From assembly GCA_964016885.1 (NCBI GenBank), contig OZ024743.1, forward strand, positions 173,724,001 to 173,788,000: DNA of 64,000 nucleotides, read 5' to 3'. The stretch comes from Eledone cirrhosa. Taxonomy: Eukaryota. The notes beneath the pieces were generated by a model, which was not told where the DNA came from, did no database searches, and worked only from the letters and a program-made list of their open reading frames with translations. A program made the translations under genes and the position numbers. Below are positions 56,301 to 64,000 of this stretch, piece after piece. Numbering within the stretch: position 1 is the first letter of the stretch; every line of letters starts with the position of its first letter.

Positions 56301-59300
56301 TGTTAACGCACACTGTATAATTGGTACACCTTACTGTGTTAACACACACTGTATAATTGGTACACCTTACTGTGTTAACACACACTGTATAATTGGTACA
56401 CCTTACTGTGTTAACACACACTGTATAATTGGTACACCTTACTGTGTTAACACACACTGTATAATTGGTACACCTTACTGTGTTAACGCACACTGTATAA
56501 TTAGTACACCTTACAGTGTGAACACACTGTATAATTGGTACACCTTACTGTGTTAATACACACTGTATAATTGGTACACCTTACTGTGTTAACATACACT
56601 GAATAATTGGTACACCTTACTGTGTTAACGCACACTGTATAATTAGTACACCTTACAGTGTTAACACACACTGTATAATTGGTACACCTTACTGTGTTAA
56701 CGCACACTGTATAATTAGTACACCTTACAGTGTTAACACACACTGTATAATTGGTACACCTTACTGTGTTAACGCACACTGTATAATTGGTACACCTTAC
56801 TGTGTTAACGCACACTGTATAATTGGTACACCTTACTGTGTTAACACACACTGAATAATTGGTACACCTTTCTGGGTTAACGCACACTGTATAATTGCTA
56901 CACCTTACTGTGTTAACGCTTACTGTATAATTGGTACACCTTACAGTGTTAACACACACTGTATAGTTGGTACACATTACTGTGTTAACGCACACTGTAT
57001 AATTAGTACACCTTACAGTGTTAACACACACTGTATAATTGGTACGCCTTACTGGGTTAACGCACACTGTATAATTAGTACACCTTACAGTGTTAACACA
57101 CACTGTATAATTGGTACGCCTTACTGTGTTAACACACACTGTATAATTGGTACACCTTACTGGGTTAACGCACACTGTATAATTAGTACACCTTACAGTG
57201 TTAACACACACTGTGTAATTGGTACACCTTACTGGGTTAACGCACACTGTATAATTAGTACACCTTACAGTGTTAACACACACTGTATAATTGGTACACC
57301 TTACAGTGTTAACACACTGTATAATTAGTACACCTTACTGTGTTAACACACACTGTATAATTAGTACACCTTACAGTATTAACACACACTGTATAATTGG
57401 TACACCTTACTGTGTTAACGCACACTGTATAATTAGTACACCTTACAGTGTGAACACACACTGTATAATTGGTACACCTTACTGTGTTAACGTACACTGT
57501 ATAATTGGTACACCTTACTGTGTTAACACACACTGAATAATTGGTACACCTTACTGTGTTAACGCACACTGTATAATTAGTACACCTTACAGTGTTAACA
57601 CACACTGTATAATTGGTACACCTTACTGGGTTAACGCACACTGTATAATTAGTACACCTTATAGTGTTAACACACACTGTATAATTGGTACACCTTACAG
57701 TGTTAACACACACTGTATAATTGGTACGCCTTACTGTGTTAACACACACTGTATAATTAGTACACCTTACTGTGTTAACACACACTGTATAATTAGTACA
57801 CCTTACAGTGTTAACACACACTGTATAATTGGTACACCTTACTGGGTTAACGCACACTGTATAATTAGTAAACCTTACAGTGTTAACACACACTGTATAA
57901 TTGGTACACCTTACAGTGTTAACACACACTGTATAATTGATACACCTTACTGGGTTAACGCACACTGTATAATTAGTACACCTTACAGTGTTAACACACA
58001 CTGTATAATTGGTACACCTTACTGTGTTAACACACACTGTATAATTGGTACACCTTACTGTGTTAACACACACTGTATAATTAGTACACCTTACTGTGTT
58101 AACACACACTGTATAATTAGTACACCTTACAGTGTTAACACACACTGTGTAATTGGTACACCTTACTGGGTTAACGCACACTGTATAATTAGTACACCTT
58201 ACAGTGTTAACACACACTGTATAATTGGTACACCTTACAGTGTTAACACACACTGTATAATTAGTACACCTTACTGTATTAACACACACTGTATAATTAG
58301 TACACCTTACAGTGTTAACACACACTGTATAATTGGTACACCTTACTGTATTAAGGCACACTGTATAATTGGTACTCCTTACTGTGTTAACGCACACTGT
58401 ATAATTGGTACACCTTACTGTGTTAACACACACTGTATAATTGGTACACCTTACTGTGTTAACGCCCACTGTATAATTGGTACACCTTACTGTGTTAACA
58501 CACTGTATAATTGGTACACCTTATTGTGTTAACACACACTGTATAATTGGTACATCTTACAGTGTTAACACACACTGTATAATTGGTACACCTTACTGTG
58601 TTAACACACACTGTAAAATTAGTACACCTTACTGTGTTAACACACTATAATTGGTACACCTCACTGTGTTAACACACACTGTATAATTGGTACACCTTAC
58701 AGTGTTAACGCACACTGTATAATTGGTACACCTTACTGTGTTAACACACACTGTATAATTGGTACACCTTACTGTGTTAACACACACTGTATAATTACTA
58801 CACCTTACTGTGTTAACACATACTGTATAATTGGTACATCTTACAGTGTTAACGCAGACTGTATAATTGGTACTCCTTACTGTGTTAACACACACTGTAT
58901 AATTGGTACAGCTTACTGTGTTAACGCAGACTGTATAATTGGTACACCTTACTGTGTTAACGCACACTGTATAATTAGTACACCTTACAGTGTTAACACA
59001 CACTGTATAATTGGTACACCTTACTGTGTTAACGCACACTGTATAATTGGTACACCTTACTGTGTTAACGCACACTGTATAATTGGTACACCTTACTGTG
59101 TTAACACACACTGAATAATTGGTACACCTTTCTGGGTTAACGCACACTGTATAATTGGTACACCTTACTGTGTTAACGCATACTGTATAATTGGTACACC
59201 TTACAGTGTTAACACACACTGTATAGTTGGTACACATTACTGTGTTAACGCACACTGTATAATTAGTACACCTTACAGTGTTAACACACACTGTATAATT

Positions 59301-62300
59301 GGTACGCCTTACTGGGTTAACGCACACTGTATAATTAGTACACCTTACAGTGTTAACACACACTGTATAATTGGTACGCCTTACTGTGTTAACACACACT
59401 GTATAATTGGTACACCTTACTGGGTTAACGCACACTGTATAATTAGTAAACCTTACAGTGTTAACACACACTGTATAATTGGTACACCTTACAGTGTTAA
59501 CACACACTGTATAATTGATACACCTTACTGGGTTAACGCACACTGTATAATTAGTACACCTTACAGTGTTAACACACACTGTATAATTGGTACACCTTAC
59601 TGTGTTAACACACACTGTATAATTGGTACACCTTACTGTGTTAACACACACTGTATAATTAGTACACCTTACTGTGTTAACACACACTGTATAATTAGTA
59701 CACCTTACAGTGTTAACACACACTGTGTAATTGGTACACCTTACTGGGTTAACGCACACTGTATAATTAGTACACCTTACAGTGTTAACACACACTGTAT
59801 AATTGGTACATCTTACAGTGTTAACACACACTGTATAATTAGTACACCTTACTGTATTAACACACACTGTATAATTAGTACACCTTACAGTGTTAACACA
59901 CACTGTATAATTGGTACACCTTACTGTGTTAAGGCACACTGTATAATTGGTACTCCTTACTGTGTTAACGCACACTGTATAATAGGTACACCTTACTGTG
60001 TTAACACACACTGTATAATTGGTACACCTTACTCTGTTAACGCCCACTGTATAATTGGTACACCTTACTGTGTTAACACACTGTATAATTGGTACACCTT
60101 ATTGTTTTAACACACACTGTATAATTGGTACATCTTACAGTGTTAACACACACTGTATAATTGGTACACCTTACTGTGTTAACACACACTGTAAAATTAG
60201 TACACCTTACTGTGTTAACACACTATAATTGGTACACCTCACTGTGTTAACACACACTGTATAATTGGTACACCTTACAGTGTTAACGCACACTGTATAA
60301 TTGGTACACCTTACTGTGATAACACACACTGTATAATTGGTACACCTTACTGTGTTAACACACACTGTATAATTACTACACCTTACTGTGTTAACACATA
60401 CTGTATAATTGGTACATCTTACAGTGTTAACGCAGACTGTATAATTGGTACTCCTTACTGTGTTAACACACACTGTATAATTGGTACAGCTTACTGTGTT
60501 AACGCAGACTGCATAATTGGTACACCTTACTGTGTTAACGCACACTGTATAATTAGTACACCTTACAGTGTTAACACACACTGTATAATTGGTACACCTT
60601 ACTGTGTTAACGCACACTGTATAATTGGTACACCTTACTGTGTTAACACACACTGTATAATTGGTACATCTTACAGTGTTAACACACACTGTATAATTGG
60701 TACACCTTACTGTGTTAACACACACTGTAAAATTAGTACACCTTACTGTGTTAACACACTATAATTGGTACACCTCACTGTGTTAACACACACTGTATAA
60801 TTGGTACACCTTATAGTGTTAACGCACACTGTATAATTGGTACACCTTACTGTGTTAACACACACTGTATAATTGGTACACCTTACTGTGTTAACACACA
60901 CTGTATAATTACTACACCTTACTGTGTTAACACATACTGTATAATTGGTACATCTTACAGTGTTAACGCAGACTGTATAATTGGTACACCTTACTGTGTT
61001 AACACACACTGTATAATTGGTACAGCTTACTGTGTTAACGCAGACTGTATAATTGGTACACCTTACTGTGTTAACGCACACTGTATAATTAGTACACCTT
61101 ACAGTGTTAACACACACTGTATAATTGGTACACCTTACTGTGTTAACGCACACTGTATAATTGGTACACCTTACTGGGTTAACGCACACTGTATAATTAG
61201 TACACCTTACAGTGTTAATACACACTGTATAATTGGTACACCTTACAGGGTTAACGCACTCTGTATAATTAGTACACCTTACAGTGTTAACACACACTGT
61301 ATAATTGGTACACATTACAGTGTTAACACACACTGTATAATTGGTACACCTTACTGTGTTAACGCACACTGTATAATTGGTACACCTTACTGTGTTAACG
61401 CAGACTGTATAATTGGTACACCTTACTGTGTTAACACACACTGTATAATTGGTACAGCTTACTGTGTTAACGCAGACTGTATAATTGGTACACCTTACTG
61501 TGTTAACGCACACTGTATAATTAGTACACCTTACAGTGTTAACACACACTGTATAATTGGTACACCTTACTGTGTTAACGCACACTGTATAATTGGTACT
61601 CCTTACTGGGTTAACGCACACTGTATAATTAGTACACCTTACAGTGTTAACACACACTGTATAATTGGTACACATTACAGTGTTAACACACACTGTATAA
61701 TTGGTACACCTTACTGTGTTAACACACACTGTATAATTAGTACACCTTACTGTGTTAACACACACTGTATAATTAGTACACCTAACAGTGTTAACACACT
61801 GTATAATTAGTACACCTTACTGTGTTAACACACACTGTATAATTGGTACACCTTACTGTGTTAATGCACACTGTATAATTGGTACACCTTACAGTGTTAA
61901 CACACACTGTATAATTATTACACCTTACTGTGTTAATGCACACTGTATAAGTTGTACACCTTACAGTGTTAACGCACACTGTATAATTAGTACACCTTAC
62001 TGTGTTAACACACACTGTATAATTGGTACACCTTACTGTGTTAACACACACTGTATAATTGGTACACCTTACTGTGTTAACACACACTGTATAATTGGTA
62101 CACCTTACTGTGTTAACACACTATAATTGGTACACCTTACTGTGTTAATACACACTGTATAATTACTACACCTTACTGTGTTAACACATACTGTATAATT
62201 GGTACAACTTACACTGTTAACGCAGACTGTATAATTGGTACACCTTACTGTGTTAACACACACTGTATAATTGGTACAGCTTAGTGTTAACGCAGACTGT

Positions 62301-64000
62301 ATAATTGGTACACCTTACTGTGTTAACGCACACTGTATAATTAGTACACCTTACAGTGTTAACACACACTGTATAATTGGTACACCTTACTGTGTTAACG
62401 CACACTGTATAATTGGTACACCTTACTGTGTTAACACACACTGTATAATTTGTACACCTTACTCTGTTAACGCACACTGTATAATTGGTACACCTTACTG
62501 TGTTAACACACACTGTATAATTAGTACACCTAACAGTGTTAACACACTGTATAATTAGTACACCTTCCTGTGTTAACGCACACTGTATAATTGGTACACC
62601 TTACTGTGTTAACGCAGACTGTATAATTGGTACACCTTACTGTGTTAACACACACTGTATAATTGGTACAGCTTACTGTGTTAACGCAGACTGTATAATT
62701 GGTACACCTTACTGTGTTAACGCACACTGTATAATTAGTACACCTTACAGTGTTAACACACACTGTATAATTGGTACACCTTACTGTGTTAACGCACACT
62801 GTATAATTGGTACACCTTACTGGGTTAACGCACACTGTATAATTAGTACACCTTACAGTGTTAACACACACTGTATAATTGGTACACCTTACTGGGTTAA
62901 CGCACACTGTATAATTAGTACACCTTACAGTGTTAACACACACTGTATAATTGGTACACATTACAGTGTTAACACACACTGTATAATTGGTACACCTTTC
63001 TGTGTTAACACACACTGTATAATTAGTACACCTTACTGTGTTAACACACACTGTATAATTAGTACACCTAACAGTGTTAACACACTGTATAATTAGTACA
63101 CCTTACTGTGTTAACACACACTGTATAATTGGTACACCTTACTGTGTTAATGCACACTGTATAATTGGTACACCTTACAGTGTTAACACACACTGTATAA
63201 TTATTACACCTTACTGTGTTAATGCACACTGTATAAGTTGTACACCTTACAGTGTTAACGCACACTGTATAATTAGTACACCTTACTGTGTTAACACACA
63301 CTGTATAATTGGTACACCTTACTGTGTTAACACACACTGTATAATTGGTACACCTTACTGTGTTAACACACACTGTATAATTGGTACACCTTACTGTGTT
63401 AACACACACTGTATAATGGGTACGCCTTACTGTGTTAACACACACTGTATAATTGGTACACCTTACTGTGTTAACGCACACTGTATAATTAGTACACCTT
63501 ACAGTGTGAACACACACTGTATAATTGGTACACCTTACTGTGTTAACACACACTGTTTAATTGGTACACCTTACTGTGTTAACACACACTGAATAATTGT
63601 TACACCTTACTGTGTTAACGCACACTGTATAATTAGTACACCTTACAGTGTTAACACACACTGTATAATTGGTACACCTTACTGTGTTAACGCACACTGT
63701 ATAATTAGTACACCTTACAGTGTTAACACACACTGTATAATTGGTACACCTTACTGTGTTAACGCACACTGTATAATTGGTACACCTTACTGGGTTAACG
63801 CACACTGTATAATTAGTACACCTTACAGTGTTAACACACACTGTATAATTGGTACACCTTACTGGGTTAACGCACACTGTATAATTAGTACACCTTACAG
63901 TGTTAACACACACTGTATAATTGGTACACATTACAGTGTTAGCACACACTGTATAATTGGTACACCTTACTGTGTTAACACACACTGTATAATTAGTACA
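8317..64000. repeat. 36-bp tandem satellite array, >55 kb (~1,550 monomers), continuing past the window end
   Basis: Head-to-tail ACACCTTAC(T/A)GTGTTAAC(A/G)CACACTGTATAATT(G/A)GT in a single orientation, with no spacers or insertions seen. Occasional 34-, 32- and 35-bp monomers. Each monomer carries GTTAAC and GTAC. Confidence 0.99.

Noticed and set aside
8370-63985. Dozens of Cys/His-rich ORFs (CIIGTPYCVNTH on +, CVNTVRCTNYTV on -) as zinc-binding, keratin-like or antifreeze-like proteins
   Set aside because: They follow automatically from a 36-bp unit with stop-free frames. They are broken repeatedly by 32/34/35-bp monomers and stop variants, most lack ATG starts, and variants show no obvious synonymous bias. 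Ribo-seq or proteomics would be needed to revive this.
8317-64000. CRISPR array (36-bp partly palindromic repeats)
   Set aside because: Repeats are directly head-to-tail with no unique spacers, there are no cas genes, and the context is eukaryotic with spliceosomal introns and SINEs.
8450-64000. TATAAT in every monomer as a bacterial -10 promoter or iteron array
   Set aside because: The DNA is eukaryotic and there is no -35 element or replication gene context.

Overview
Eukaryotic (animal) genomic DNA. The SINE/LINE content and (TA)n/(CT)n richness look cephalopod (Octopus-like); this is an inference from recalled repeat motifs. The first ~8.3 kb holds: a recently inserted non-autonomous LTR element on the minus strand (near-identical LTRs, tRNA-Trp primer-binding site, no recognisable gag-pol); a probable terminal exon of a BTB/BACK-type protein; several tRNA-derived SINEs and an RTE-clade LINE fragment; several long fold-back palindromes beside (TA)n tracts; and three phase-0 coding exons of a FAM47(E)-like gene (6530-6766, 7420-7641, 8218-8295). 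From ~8317 to the window end (>55 kb, about 1,550 units) there is one uninterrupted 36-bp tandem satellite (consensus ACACCTTACTGTGTTAACACACACTGTATAATTGGT). It starts about 20 bp after the last visible FAM47-like splice donor, so it apparently forms a giant satellite intron. It begins with a 36-bp palindrome, has dyad-symmetric monomers, and is organised into multi-kb higher-order repeats (~8.4/7.1 kb, ~3.3-3.4 kb, ~7.06 kb). The many Cys-rich ORFs in the array are by-products of the 36-bp period, and the array is not a CRISPR. All coordinates were read by eye and no database searches were run.
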